Shown piece after piece: positions 1-8,920 of a stretch of 16,047 nt of DNA. The stretch covers positions 1 through 16,047 of the forward strand of contig SUPR01000079.1 in the NCBI GenBank assembly GCA_005191425.1, in the 5' to 3' direction. The position numbers were made by a program, and so were the translations under genes. Below the pieces are notes generated by a model. It was not told where the DNA came from and made no database searches. It saw only the letters and a list, made by a program, of their open reading frames with translations. Position 1 is the stretch's first letter; the number at the start of each line of letters is the position of its first letter. This stretch comes from Candidatus Helarchaeota ASGARD archaeon Hel_GB_B. Its GTDB lineage: Archaea > Asgardarchaeota > Lokiarchaeia > Helarchaeales > HEL-GB-B.

Positions 1-1329
1 TCGAATTACGGCGTAGGTTCGAGTTCATTTCTGGATTCAAAAATTGTTTTATTTAACAGAGCCCCAGATATTGATACGTTGGATGAAGTTATTTTAGATG
101 GGGTCGTTGTTGGGCGGCTACAATTTGATGTAAAGCGCATGAGTTGGAGATTTAAACCGACGATCAATGGTGCATTACGAATATTTAAGGTATTAAAAAG
201 ATTTCCTAAATGGGTATTAGTTGACAAAGGAGCAGAACCATATATTAAAAATGGCGCTAATGTTCTTGCACCAGGAATATTAGATTTTGATAATACAATA
301 GAAAAACTGGATTTTGTTTTTATTATTAATACAAATAATCAACTATTAGCTATTGGAAAATGTAAATACTCACCTAAGGAAATAAGGGGCATGAAAAAGG
401 GGATGATAATTAAAAATATAGGACATATCAAGGAAACATACAACTTAAAAGATTTAAAAAAAGGGGCTACTTGGGAGGATGTAATAAATGCTAACTGGCA
501 ATATTTAGAAGAAAAAGAAAATACATCTAAAAAGTTACTTAGGCGAGTTGTTAATAAGTATAATGAGATTCCAGTAGCTGTATCTTTCTCAGGTGGTAAA
601 GATTCTTTATGCACTTTGTTGATCGCAATTGAAGAACTAAAAGACAATTTTCATGTAATTTTTTTGAATACTGGAATTGAATTCCCTGAGACAGTGAGGT
701 TTACCAAAGAAATAATAAGAAGATTAGGTCTGGAATCGAAATTAATTATTGGAGACGCTAAAAATACTTTTTGGGAGAATCTTTCAAAATATGGCTTCCC
801 TGCAAGAGATTATAGATGGTGTAACAAAGTTTTAAAGTTAGATATCATGAAAAAAATTATAGAAGAGAGATTTAATGGTAAAGCTCTAACAGTAGTAGGG
901 ACAAGAAAAAGAGAAAGTAGGACTAGGTCTAGGGAAAGGGAAGTTTCGCAAAATAAAAATATACCTGGACAAATAAATGTAAGTATTATACATAATTGGA
1001 CTACATTAACAGTCTGGTTATATATAATTAAAAAGGGTATAAAGTTTAACCCGATTTATAACAACAATTTTAACCGTATAGGATGTTGGATTTGTCCGTC
1101 CAATAAATTGTCTGAAATTGAAACACTTAAATCCACACATCCCCGTTTATATGAAAAATTAATGCAAGAACTTAAAAAATTTAAAGAAGAGATCAATGCC
1201 TCAGAAGAGTTTATCAAGTATGGATTTTGGAGATGGAGAAATCCATCCAAAGGTATGGTCAAATTAGCAAAAAAATTAAAAATCCCACTTGACATAGACT
1301 ATTCAAGATTTCAAAAATTTAACTGGTGA
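1..1329 (+). CDS. PUA-domain + PP-loop (PAPS-reductase family, MJ0066-like) protein, 5'-truncated by the window edge
   Basis: Frame 1 is open from base 1 (SNYGVGSSSFLDSKIVLFNRAPDIDTLDEVILDG...), so the TTG at 79 is probably internal. PUA-like segment VLVDKGAEPYIKNGANVLAPGI; PP-loop SFSGGKDS; TGIEFPET; RWCNK; GTRKRESRTR; RIGCWICP. Ends at TGA 1327-1329 with no C-terminal ferredoxin domain. Confidence 0.9.
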   Translation, partial: SNYGVGSSSFLDSKIVLFNRAPDIDTLDEVILDGVVVGRLQFDVKRMSWRFKPTINGALRIFKVLKRFPKWVLVDKGAEPYIKNGANVLAPGILDFDNTIEKLDFVFIINTNNQLLAIGKCKYSPKEIRGMKKGMIIKNIGHIKETYNLKDLKKGATWEDVINANWQYLEEKENTSKKLLRRVVNKYNEIPVAVSFSGGKDSLCTLLIAIEELKDNFHVIFLNTGIEFPETVRFTKEIIRRLGLESKLIIGDAKNTFWENLSKYGFPARDYRWCNKVLKLDIMKKIIEERFNGKALTVVGTRKRESRTRSREREVSQNKNIPGQINVSIIHNWTTLTVWLYIIKKGIKFNPIYNNNFNRIGCWICPSNKLSEIETLKSTHPRLYEKLMQELKKFKEEINASEEFIKYGFWRWRNPSKGMVKLAKKLKIPLDIDYSRFQKFNW

Positions 1330-1347
1330 ATAGTCAGACGGTTCAAT

Positions 1348-1869
1348 TTATAATTTTGATAGAGAATCAGAATATTTTTTCATTTTTTTTATGAGTTTCT
1401 CAATAGATTTATTTTTTTGGTCGATCAATTTTTGTTTAATAACCGCACCTCTTTTTGTTTTAAATTTATTATTTACGCTCCATACTTTTTTTCGTTTTTT
1501 AACAACCTTACCTGGGAGAATAACGGAATTATTTAAAATCATAGCACCTTCTTGGAGCTGGACGTTATCTGAAATTGTGCAATTTGTTCCAATTAATACA
1601 TTATCTTCAATTTTACAGTTATGAATACATGAATTATGCTGAATTATAATATAATTTCCGATTTCAATGTTTTCTCCATGGATAACGACATTATCTTCTA
1701 TGATAGTATTTTCACCAATAACTATTCTCCCTCCATCTGCCCTAATGACGGCCCCAAATAATATTATTGAATTTTTACCAATTTCCACATTACCAATAAT
1801 TGTCGCAGTAGGTGCTATAAAAGCAGGTGAATTTAATTGAGGAGAGACCCCATTGAAAGAATATAGCAT
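1348..1869 (-). CDS. Gamma-class carbonic anhydrase-like protein (left-handed beta-helix, hexapeptide repeats)
   Basis: AFIAPTATIIGNVEIG, AVIRAD, then three spaced His residues (VVIH, IQH, CIH) matching the Zn-ligand pattern; hexapeptide repeats throughout. Confidence 0.88.
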   Translation of the reverse strand: MLYSFNGVSPQLNSPAFIAPTATIIGNVEIGKNSIILFGAVIRADGGRIVIGENTIIEDNVVIHGENIEIGNYIIIQHNSCIHNCKIEDNVLIGTNCTISDNVQLQEGAMILNNSVILPGKVVKKRKKVWSVNNKFKTKRGAVIKQKLIDQKNKSIEKLIKKMKKYSDSLSKL

Positions 1870-1880
1870 ATAACCACTCT

Positions 1881-2216
1881 CTAAAAAATTGAGTTATTCA
1901 TTTCTTTTAAATCTTCTTTGATTTCTTCTCTTAACCTAATTACATCATTTACATTTAACTCAGGCATCGCTGTGATTTTTGTTTTTAGTTGGACAACAGT
2001 CCCAATATTAGAAACCTCAGACAGATCTACAGGGATCTCAAGATTTAGGCCCTTTATAATTAACGAAACCTTCCAGGGTAAGTATTCAATTCTAATCGAT
2101 TTTATAAGGCCTAAACGCCTTGACTCTTTATCAAATACTTCTTTTCCAGCTAATTGTCCCGGAAAAATTGGTTCATAAAATTCCACTTGATTTTGGGGAA
2201 TCCTTTTTTTCGTCAT
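1881..2216 (-). CDS. PRC-barrel domain protein
   Basis: LAGKEVFDKESRRLGLIKSIRIE...LIIKGLNLEIPVDLSEVSNIGTVVQLK fits the PRC-barrel pattern (LxGKxVxDxxGxxLGxV...). Start revised from GTG 2225 to ATG 2216 because GGTGA (2222-2226) forms an RBS 5 nt upstream. The 11-bp gap to the gamma-CA gene suggests co-transcription. Confidence 0.72.
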   Translation of the reverse strand: MTKKRIPQNQVEFYEPIFPGQLAGKEVFDKESRRLGLIKSIRIEYLPWKVSLIIKGLNLEIPVDLSEVSNIGTVVQLKTKITAMPELNVNDVIRLREEIKEDLKEMNNSIF

Positions 2217-2221
2217 TAAAT

Positions 2222-2226
2222 TCACC
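2222..2226 (-). promoter_or_regulatory. Shine-Dalgarno GGTGA for the PRC-barrel gene
   Basis: Minus strand reads GGTGA-ATTTA-ATG(2216). Confidence 0.6.
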
Positions 2227-2326
2227 AGTGAATGAAAGTAATTAATGGTTTTTATTAAATAGTTTAATATAATATTTAAAAAACAATATTATTTCATAAA
2301 CCTTTTGTGATATTAATTTTAAATAT

Positions 2327-3010
2327 TTAATTTAAGAGGTCAGCTAACTCATATAAAGATTTTAAATAATAATCAGGTTGAGTTTTTAGGTGAGAGAGGT
2401 TATGGTCCCTTACAATATAGGCAGTAGAAATTTTAGCTTTTTTACCTGCAATGATATCTATTTCTGAATCACCAACAAATAGAATTTTTTTTTCTTGTTT
2501 AATAAATTCATTTAAATCATTTAAACACCACAATATCCCATCAGGTTCTGGTTTCGCATATTTTTGATTGATTGAACCCAAAAAAACTTTACAATCTAAA
2601 AATTGTTCCAGATGAAATTGTGTAATTTCATACCATGCTTTTTCGTGCGGTGTATTTGAGATCACACCAGTTTTTATATTATATTTTGATTTTATAAGTC
2701 TGAGTATAGGTATTGTATCTTCATATAGGCGCATTTCACCTTTTTTAATTAATTCTTTTCTTAATTTAAAGTCTTTGTGGTCAAAAATATTCCAAAATTT
2801 GGAAATATCTTGTTTATTAATACCCCACTTTATCAATACTTCAGAATATTTATTTCCAGATGACCACAATTCCCCGATTTTATTAATTGAAATTTGAATT
2901 CCTATTTCCATACAAGCTTGTAATACAAGATTATTTATCAATTTTAAGAAATTTTTAGGAATTCTTACTAATGTTCCGTCTAAATCAAATAGAATTACTT
3001 TAAATTTCAT
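2327..3010 (-). CDS. HAD-superfamily hydrolase (phosphoglycolate-phosphatase-like, C1 cap)
   Basis: All four HAD motifs present: DLDGTL, ISNT, AKPEPDG, FVGDSEIDIIAG. Confidence 0.92.
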   Translation of the reverse strand: MKFKVILFDLDGTLVRIPKNFLKLINNLVLQACMEIGIQISINKIGELWSSGNKYSEVLIKWGINKQDISKFWNIFDHKDFKLRKELIKKGEMRLYEDTIPILRLIKSKYNIKTGVISNTPHEKAWYEITQFHLEQFLDCKVFLGSINQKYAKPEPDGILWCLNDLNEFIKQEKKILFVGDSEIDIIAGKKAKISTAYIVRDHNLSHLKTQPDYYLKSLYELADLLN

Positions 3011-3185
3011 AAAAAACCTGTCGAGAAATTTTTGAAATTAAAATTCACCAATAAAATTACATAGAGTTATAAATAATTTTTTGTAATTAATTTAACATTA
3101 AATATCTAAGAAAATTAAAACTGGAAAAATAAGAACTTTATCAAATAAAGAATAAAAAAAAGAGAAAACGCATAGAATAAAGAAA

Positions 3186-5369
3186 TTACCTTTTAGTATA
3201 TTTATTTACCATATAATCATATTTTTTCTCGATATCTAAAGTAAAACTGGGACGTATTTCTTCAAGGCTTTTCAAGAAATAATCCCAAGAAATTGTTTTT
3301 GCATCTGGGTTATCCCGAATTTGCATTAATACAGCCTCGCGACAGAGATTTTCTAGGTCGGCGCCGGTAAATCTTTCTGTTTTAGCTGCCAATTCTTCTA
3401 AATTTACATCACCGGTGATTGGCATCCCTTTTGTATGAATTTTTAAAATTTCGAGTCTTTCTTCTCTGTTAGGCGGGTGCACATATAAAATCTTATCAAA
3501 CCTACCTGGGCGGAGTATAGCCGGGTCCAATGCATCTAAGTTTCTGTTAGTAGCAGCTATACAAACTATTTGGCCCATCCCTTGAAGTCCATCAAGTTCT
3601 GATAATAATTGATTTACAACAGTCTCAGTTACCTTATTACTTGTTGAGCTATCTCTTGTTGAGGCAATTGCATCTATTTCGTCGAAAAATATAATTGAAG
3701 GTGCGGCTAACCTCGCTTTTCTAAAGATTTCTCTTATCGTTTTTTCAGATTCACCAACCCACTTTGAAAATATCTCGGGACTCCTAACCGGAATAAAATT
3801 TGCTTCAGATTCAGTGGCAACAGCTTTTGCAAGCAAGGTTTTTCCAGTTCCAGAGGGACCAAATAATAATATCCCACTAGTAGGTCTTATTTTAAAACGA
3901 GTAAATATATCAGGTCTTTTTATCGGCAATTCAACGGCTTCCTTCAAATCACGTTTAATTTTTTTCAAGCCACCAATTTGATCCCAGTTAACATTTGGTA
4001 TTTCAAGTAAAATTTCTCTCATTGCGGACGGTTCTACTATCCGGAATGCGATCTCAAAATCTTTTGCTGTGACTTTTAAGTTCATTAATACCTCATCGGG
4101 AATTATTGCCTCGTCTAAGTCGATCATGGGCATAGCTCGCTTAAGGCAGTTCATGGCAGCTTCTCTACAGATTGATGCCAAATCAGCGCCAGCAAAACCA
4201 TGAGTACGGGAAGCAATATAATCGAGATCTACATCTTCAGCCAGTGGCATAACGCGTGTATGTATATCTAGAATTTCTTTACGACCATATTTATCGGGTA
4301 CGCCGATTTCTATCTCACGGTCGAACCTCCCGGGACGGCGAAGAGCAATATCGACTGCATTTATCCTATTAGTAGCAGCTATGACAATAACTCTACCTCT
4401 CGTTTCAAGTCCGTCCATTAGCGCCAAAAATTGAGCGACAACCCTCCGTTCTACCTCGCCAGTAACATTTTCCCTTTTAGGAGCAATTGAGTCAATTTCA
4501 TCAATAAAAATTATTGCTGGTGCATTCCGGGAAGCCTCATTAAAGATTTCTCGTATCCTCTTTTCAGACTCGCCGTAAAATTTGCTCATAATCTCTGGGC
4601 CGTTTATTGGGATAAAATAAGCATCAGACTCATTAGCAACAGCTTTAGCCAGTAAGGTCTTCCCACACCCGGGCGGACCGTGTAACAAAACGCCTTTTGG
4701 TGGTGTAATCCCGAGACGGTCGAAAATTTCAGGATATCTTAAAGGCAACTCAATTAATTCCCTAACTCGAAGTATCTCATCTTCAAGTCCACCAATATCT
4801 TCATAAGTGACCAAAATATCTCGATAAAGTATATAGTCTGGAGGTTCAGAATATAAGCTTACAGTCGTATCTTCATTAATCCGGACGATTCCAACTGGTT
4901 TAGTAGTCACGCAAATAAATTTTATGTCCCCTAAAGCAAATGTTGCAACTTCGCGGTGAACTGATACCAGATCAGCGGCTCTCACCAGTCTACCCATCAT
5001 ACTTTTTTTGAGAGCTTGAGCAACATGACTAGGAGATGTAATTTTAACTCCTTCCCTTACCGGTGCAAACCTAACTTTTTGCGCGTTTTTTGGTCTGATT
5101 TTACGGATTTTGACCAAATCACCGAGGCTAGCACCAGCATTATTTCTAATTATTCCATCCATATGAATTACTAACTCACCTTTATCTGATTCCAGTGGTT
5201 CTCCTATAGTGGCACCTGTAATTTTTCTACCTCTTATTTCGATGTCCATACCTTCTTTAATTTTTAATTTTTCCATTATATTAGGGTCTATTCTGACAAT
5301 ATTTCGACCGACATCTTCTTTTCTTCCTTCCGAAACCCGTAATGTTTCCTTTTTTATAATTGCCGACAT
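3186..5369 (-). CDS. cdc48: CDC48/VCP/p97-family AAA+ ATPase (N domain + D1 + D2)
   Basis: N-domain [10 protein letters not shown]; D1 [32 protein letters not shown]; D2 [31 protein letters not shown]. All catalytic motifs intact. Confidence 0.98.
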   Translation of the reverse strand: MSAIIKKETLRVSEGRKEDVGRNIVRIDPNIMEKLKIKEGMDIEIRGRKITGATIGEPLESDKGELVIHMDGIIRNNAGASLGDLVKIRKIRPKNAQKVRFAPVREGVKITSPSHVAQALKKSMMGRLVRAADLVSVHREVATFALGDIKFICVTTKPVGIVRINEDTTVSLYSEPPDYILYRDILVTYEDIGGLEDEILRVRELIELPLRYPEIFDRLGITPPKGVLLHGPPGCGKTLLAKAVANESDAYFIPINGPEIMSKFYGESEKRIREIFNEASRNAPAIIFIDEIDSIAPKRENVTGEVERRVVAQFLALMDGLETRGRVIVIAATNRINAVDIALRRPGRFDREIEIGVPDKYGRKEILDIHTRVMPLAEDVDLDYIASRTHGFAGADLASICREAAMNCLKRAMPMIDLDEAIIPDEVLMNLKVTAKDFEIAFRIVEPSAMREILLEIPNVNWDQIGGLKKIKRDLKEAVELPIKRPDIFTRFKIRPTSGILLFGPSGTGKTLLAKAVATESEANFIPVRSPEIFSKWVGESEKTIREIFRKARLAAPSIIFFDEIDAIASTRDSSTSNKVTETVVNQLLSELDGLQGMGQIVCIAATNRNLDALDPAILRPGRFDKILYVHPPNREERLEILKIHTKGMPITGDVNLEELAAKTERFTGADLENLCREAVLMQIRDNPDAKTISWDYFLKSLEEIRPSFTLDIEKKYDYMVNKYTKR

Positions 5370-5526
5370 AATTTCATCTCTATTTTATTAGAATACAAAA
5401 TGCTCTTGTTGTGTATAAAAATTTTTTATTTTAAATTATTTTGTAAAACCTAAATTAAATGAATTTTTTTATAAAATATTATAATATAAAATAAACCACT
5501 ATATAATCGTTGTAATTTTTATAAAG

Positions 5527-6354
5527 TTATAATTTTTGCCCGCAATTTGGACAATATAATACAGATTTTCTATCAATTTCTGTGCCACAATTCTTACAAA
5601 ATTTTCGTTCCATTCTTAGGTCATATCCACAGTTACTACAATAATTAAAACCGCCTTCAGCGCCGCACATTGGACAAAATTTCATTTTTTGAAATTCAAT
5701 TCTTGAGACTAATTTTGTTCTTTCTCTATTAGTTTTTTTGTATTCTAGTCGAGCTCGGATATGAGGCGATATATCTTGGGGTAGTGTAATTTTATCTTGA
5801 TATTTTTTCCAGACCTTAAAGTAATTTTTAATTAATTTGTCTTTATTTTCATTTGACAAATGTCCAAACGTTTCTCTTTTCTTTAATTCGTTCCAGATTT
5901 TCTTTTTTCTTGACCAATCTAAATTGTTTATTGACATCTTAAAGTATTTGACAAAGAATTTTAGATTTTCCTCGGACATAATGCTTGGTCTGCCTTCATT
6001 TAATAACCATTCGTATAGTTCAGTCTCTACTTTTTTTCTTCGGTCAGGTGGGATTAATGTGGCGTGTTTTTTCCAGGTTTCAATATATTTATTGTTCACA
6101 ATTGCCAAATCATTATCTGAAATAATGTATATGTCATAGCATATCTCTAGAAATATCTTAAAATGTTGTTCAATCTTGAAAAAAATCCTTAAAATTAAAA
6201 ATTCATCCTGACTTTTTTCGATTATATTTCTAGGAATTCGTATATTGATTTTGTCCGGTAGACCTTCAATATGAGCTTTTATTATAGGAATTACGTCAAT
6301 TATACCTTTTAAATTTGCCCGGGGCATTATTAAAATGGTGATCTCTTTTTCCAA
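5527..6354 (-). CDS. Hypothetical protein with C-terminal double zinc ribbon (DZR)
   Basis: 275-codon ORF ending in four CxxC pairs (CPMC, CSNC, CKNC, CPNC). N-terminal ~225 aa not recognised. Start uncertain (TTG 6354 or ATG 6328). Confidence 0.8.
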   Translation of the reverse strand: MEKEITILIMPRANLKGIIDVIPIIKAHIEGLPDKINIRIPRNIIEKSQDEFLILRIFFKIEQHFKIFLEICYDIYIISDNDLAIVNNKYIETWKKHATLIPPDRRKKVETELYEWLLNEGRPSIMSEENLKFFVKYFKMSINNLDWSRKKKIWNELKKRETFGHLSNENKDKLIKNYFKVWKKYQDKITLPQDISPHIRARLEYKKTNRERTKLVSRIEFQKMKFCPMCGAEGGFNYCSNCGYDLRMERKFCKNCGTEIDRKSVLYCPNCGQKL

Positions 6355-6427
6355 TTTGGACCATCTGAAATTTTAAATTCTGGTGATATTAAGTTAATTG
6401 AGAAATATAAGACCTATGATTTCAAAA

Positions 6428-6435
6428 TTTATATC
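6428..6435 (+). promoter_or_regulatory. Candidate TATA box for the flavin oxidoreductase gene
   Basis: TTTATATC preceded by A-rich CAAAA, about 55 nt upstream of the start. The AT-rich background limits specificity. Confidence 0.35.
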
Positions 6436-6491
6436 GTTCTATTTTCTTAACATTTATTCTATGCGAAGAAATGTAGAGGATTTTTTTGAAA

Positions 6492-7664
6492 ATGAGCGTA
6501 TTATTTCGGCCAATAAAAATAGGTAATATTGAAATTAAAAATAGAATTGTAAGGAGTGCTACCCATATAGCAAGAAATACTGTTGATGGTTTCGTTACCG
6601 ATAAGAAGGTCGAATATTTTAGGGAACTGGCGCTTGGTGGGGTGGGGCTTATAATAAAAGGCTTTACCTATATATCGCCGGATGGAAGGCCATTTCCATT
6701 GATGAGCGCCATATATGACGACAAATATATCCCGGGTTTAAGGAAACTAGTAGAAGTTGTACATTCTCAAAACAATGGTTGTAAGATTGCGGTACAGCTC
6801 AGTCATGCGGGGCGTGAAATTGGGCCAGGTGGTTATCGAGACGAAGTGCCCATGGCACCTTCGAGTGTGATAGACCCAATTACTCGAATTGTCCCTAGAC
6901 CGATGACAATTAGTGAGATCCACAATATTGTGGAATCTTTTTCTGAGGGGGCTAGAAGGGGATATGAAGCGGGATTTGATGCGATTCAATTACATGGCGC
7001 ACATGGCTATTTATTGAACCAATTTTTAAGTCCGCATACTAATTTGCGCGATGACGAATATGGCGGGACATTAAAAAATAGGTGTAGAATCATTGAAGAG
7101 ATATATCAAAGAATTACAGACAAAATTCCAAAAAATTTTCCCATATTGATTAAAATGAACGCAGCAGACTTTTTAGAAGATGGAATTAGACCTGATGAAG
7201 CAGTTGAAATGGCAAAAATTTTTGAGAAAATTGGTTTTAGTGCATTAGAGATAAGTGGTGGTATGTGGGAAGCAATGATGAAATTTAAGAAAAAAGCATT
7301 TCCCCCGGAAGCTAGGAAAATTAGTGATGACCCTTCAGAACATGCATATCATAGAGAACATGCTAAATTAATTAAAAAAAGTGTCAAAATTCCAATAATT
7401 GTGGTCGGGGGCATAAGGTTTAAATCCATGGCTGAAGATATTATTAAATCAAATGATGCAGATTTGGTTTCTATGAGTAGGCCTTTTATATGTGAGCCAG
7501 ACCTACCTAATAAATGGAAAAATGGTATAACAGATAGGTCCTTATGTATTTCTTGTAATAAATGTTGTGATGATGCGATTAATTCAGTAATACAAGGAAA
7601 TGCATATCCAGGTATAAGATGTTTAATGAGGAAAAAGATTGATAAATTAAATCAAAATGTATAA
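6492..7664 (+). CDS. NADH:flavin oxidoreductase, Old Yellow Enzyme family, with C-terminal Fe-S-type Cys motif
   Basis: LFRPIKIGNIEIKNRIVRSAT, QLSHAGR, AGFDAIQLHGAHGYLLNQFLSPHTNLRDDEYGG, SMSRPFICEPDLP, CISCNKC...C. Start is ATG 6492 or TTG 6486; GAGGA RBS at about 6476-6480. Confidence 0.95.
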   Translation: MSVLFRPIKIGNIEIKNRIVRSATHIARNTVDGFVTDKKVEYFRELALGGVGLIIKGFTYISPDGRPFPLMSAIYDDKYIPGLRKLVEVVHSQNNGCKIAVQLSHAGREIGPGGYRDEVPMAPSSVIDPITRIVPRPMTISEIHNIVESFSEGARRGYEAGFDAIQLHGAHGYLLNQFLSPHTNLRDDEYGGTLKNRCRIIEEIYQRITDKIPKNFPILIKMNAADFLEDGIRPDEAVEMAKIFEKIGFSALEISGGMWEAMMKFKKKAFPPEARKISDDPSEHAYHREHAKLIKKSVKIPIIVVGGIRFKSMAEDIIKSNDADLVSMSRPFICEPDLPNKWKNGITDRSLCISCNKCCDDAINSVIQGNAYPGIRCLMRKKIDKLNQNV

Positions 7665-7701
7665 TTTAAAATTCAATTATATTTTTGGAGATAATTAATT
7701 T

Positions 7702-7998
7702 ATGTCAAAATGGAAAAGAAAAAGGTCAACAGACAGACAAAAGCCGTATATTTATCCACATTATCATTGTATCGTTTGTAATAAGATGATAGAAAAAGGA
7801 GAAAAACATATACAACGTATAGTTAAAGAAAAAGGTTTAGAAGTTATTATTAGGTATTGCAGCCAAGAATGTTATGATAAGGTACATAAAAGAGAAGGCA
7901 TGCCTTTTTGGAAAAAATATTGGATTTGGATTGTATTAGGTGGTGTTATCATAGCAGTTCTTATTTGGTATTTTGTATTATCACCTTACCATTTATAA
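7702..7998 (+). CDS. DUF2116-like Zn-finger protein with C-terminal transmembrane helix
   Basis: PHYHCIVC...YCSQEC followed by a hydrophobic segment (WIWIVLGGVIIAVLIWYFVL); GGAGA upstream. Confidence 0.78.
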   Translation: MSKWKRKRSTDRQKPYIYPHYHCIVCNKMIEKGEKHIQRIVKEKGLEVIIRYCSQECYDKVHKREGMPFWKKYWIWIVLGGVIIAVLIWYFVLSPYHL

Positions 7999-8005
7999 TT
8001 AAATT

Positions 8006-8890
8006 TTATCGTATTAGAATGACGTTTTTATTAATTTCTCTGTTTAAAAATTTAGATATATTTCCACATTTGATCCTAAACAAATGGACAACTGGTTTTT
8101 TTAGCTCATATTCAGTTAGAGTTTCAAAATAACCCATACCTTTTGCGATTATTAAATCGCCAGAATTAATTATGTCCAGGATTTTTTTTGGTGTTTCCTC
8201 TAAAATCATACCGACATGGTCTGTGCCTGAAGGAATTACTTCGACATTAGGAAAACTAGAAGTCAAATTAATAAATTCTGCATCTTCCATGGTGGCATCG
8301 TTAAGTACGGGAATGCCTTTGACAATAACAATTATTTTTTTACATAATTTACTTAATTCTTTAATAAAAATTTTGTCGAATACAATTTCTCCAGCATTAT
8401 CTGTAAGATATATTATAGTATCAGATTTTTTGACCAGTTCATAAAAGTCTTTACTTTGGTCTATGGTAAGGTCTGCTTCTGCTTGTTCTAATGCTAACTC
8501 TAAATTTCCTAAGGGATTTTTATTTTCTTCTATATCAAATTCGATGATATTTCCTACTATGGAATACAATAAAGCTGTCCTAAATTTATTCCAATTATTA
8601 GTTTGTTTTTCAATTTCTTTTTCTATTTTTGGAACGAATTTCAAGGCTATTTGATTTGACCGCTTTTTACTATGATAATATGGGTCTTTTTTTGAGATTT
8701 CTCTAATGATCCGGTCTCTGATGGTACCAATATTAGAAGGAATGGAGTTTTCAGAGAAATTATGGGAGAAAAATCGGAATATTTTCCTTAAAATATAGAA
8801 TTTTTGCTGTTCATCATCGGTTATATTCTCTATTTCAGCTACTGCTCTACGAATTAAGCAATAACCACATTGAGCACTAACTTTTACCAA
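8006..8890 (-). CDS. DUF89/ARMT1-like damage-control phosphatase (subfamily I-like)
   Basis: N-terminal CGYC, GNIIEF, catalytic DNAGEIVFD, LNDAT, AKGMGYFETL, late RIKC. TTG start with GAGGA RBS at 8897-8901. Confidence 0.92.
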   Translation of the reverse strand: MVKVSAQCGYCLIRRAVAEIENITDDEQQKFYILRKIFRFFSHNFSENSIPSNIGTIRDRIIREISKKDPYYHSKKRSNQIALKFVPKIEKEIEKQTNNWNKFRTALLYSIVGNIIEFDIEENKNPLGNLELALEQAEADLTIDQSKDFYELVKKSDTIIYLTDNAGEIVFDKIFIKELSKLCKKIIVIVKGIPVLNDATMEDAEFINLTSSFPNVEVIPSGTDHVGMILEETPKKILDIINSGDLIIAKGMGYFETLTEYELKKPVVHLFRIKCGNISKFLNREINKNVILIR

Positions 8891-8920
8891 TTTTAGTCCT
8901 CAAACTAAGCCCTTTTAATC

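Noticed and set aside
6-1295. Short minus-strand ORFs 6..227, 339..647 and 1056..1295
   Set aside because: Antisense shadows of the well-supported PUA/PP-loop gene, with no motifs.
1327-1350. Possible selenocysteine read-through at the TGA stop of the first gene (also the TGA of dus at 14098)
   Set aside because: Read-through adds only about 7 codons (1 for dus) before TAA, Sec would not fall in a catalytic motif, and no SECIS-like hairpin was seen.
3186-5369. Higher GC and internal similarity within cdc48, suggesting horizontal transfer or a repeat
   Set aside because: Explained by conserved Gly/Ala/Arg/Pro-rich AAA motifs and the known D1/D2 duplication; no mobility signals flank it.
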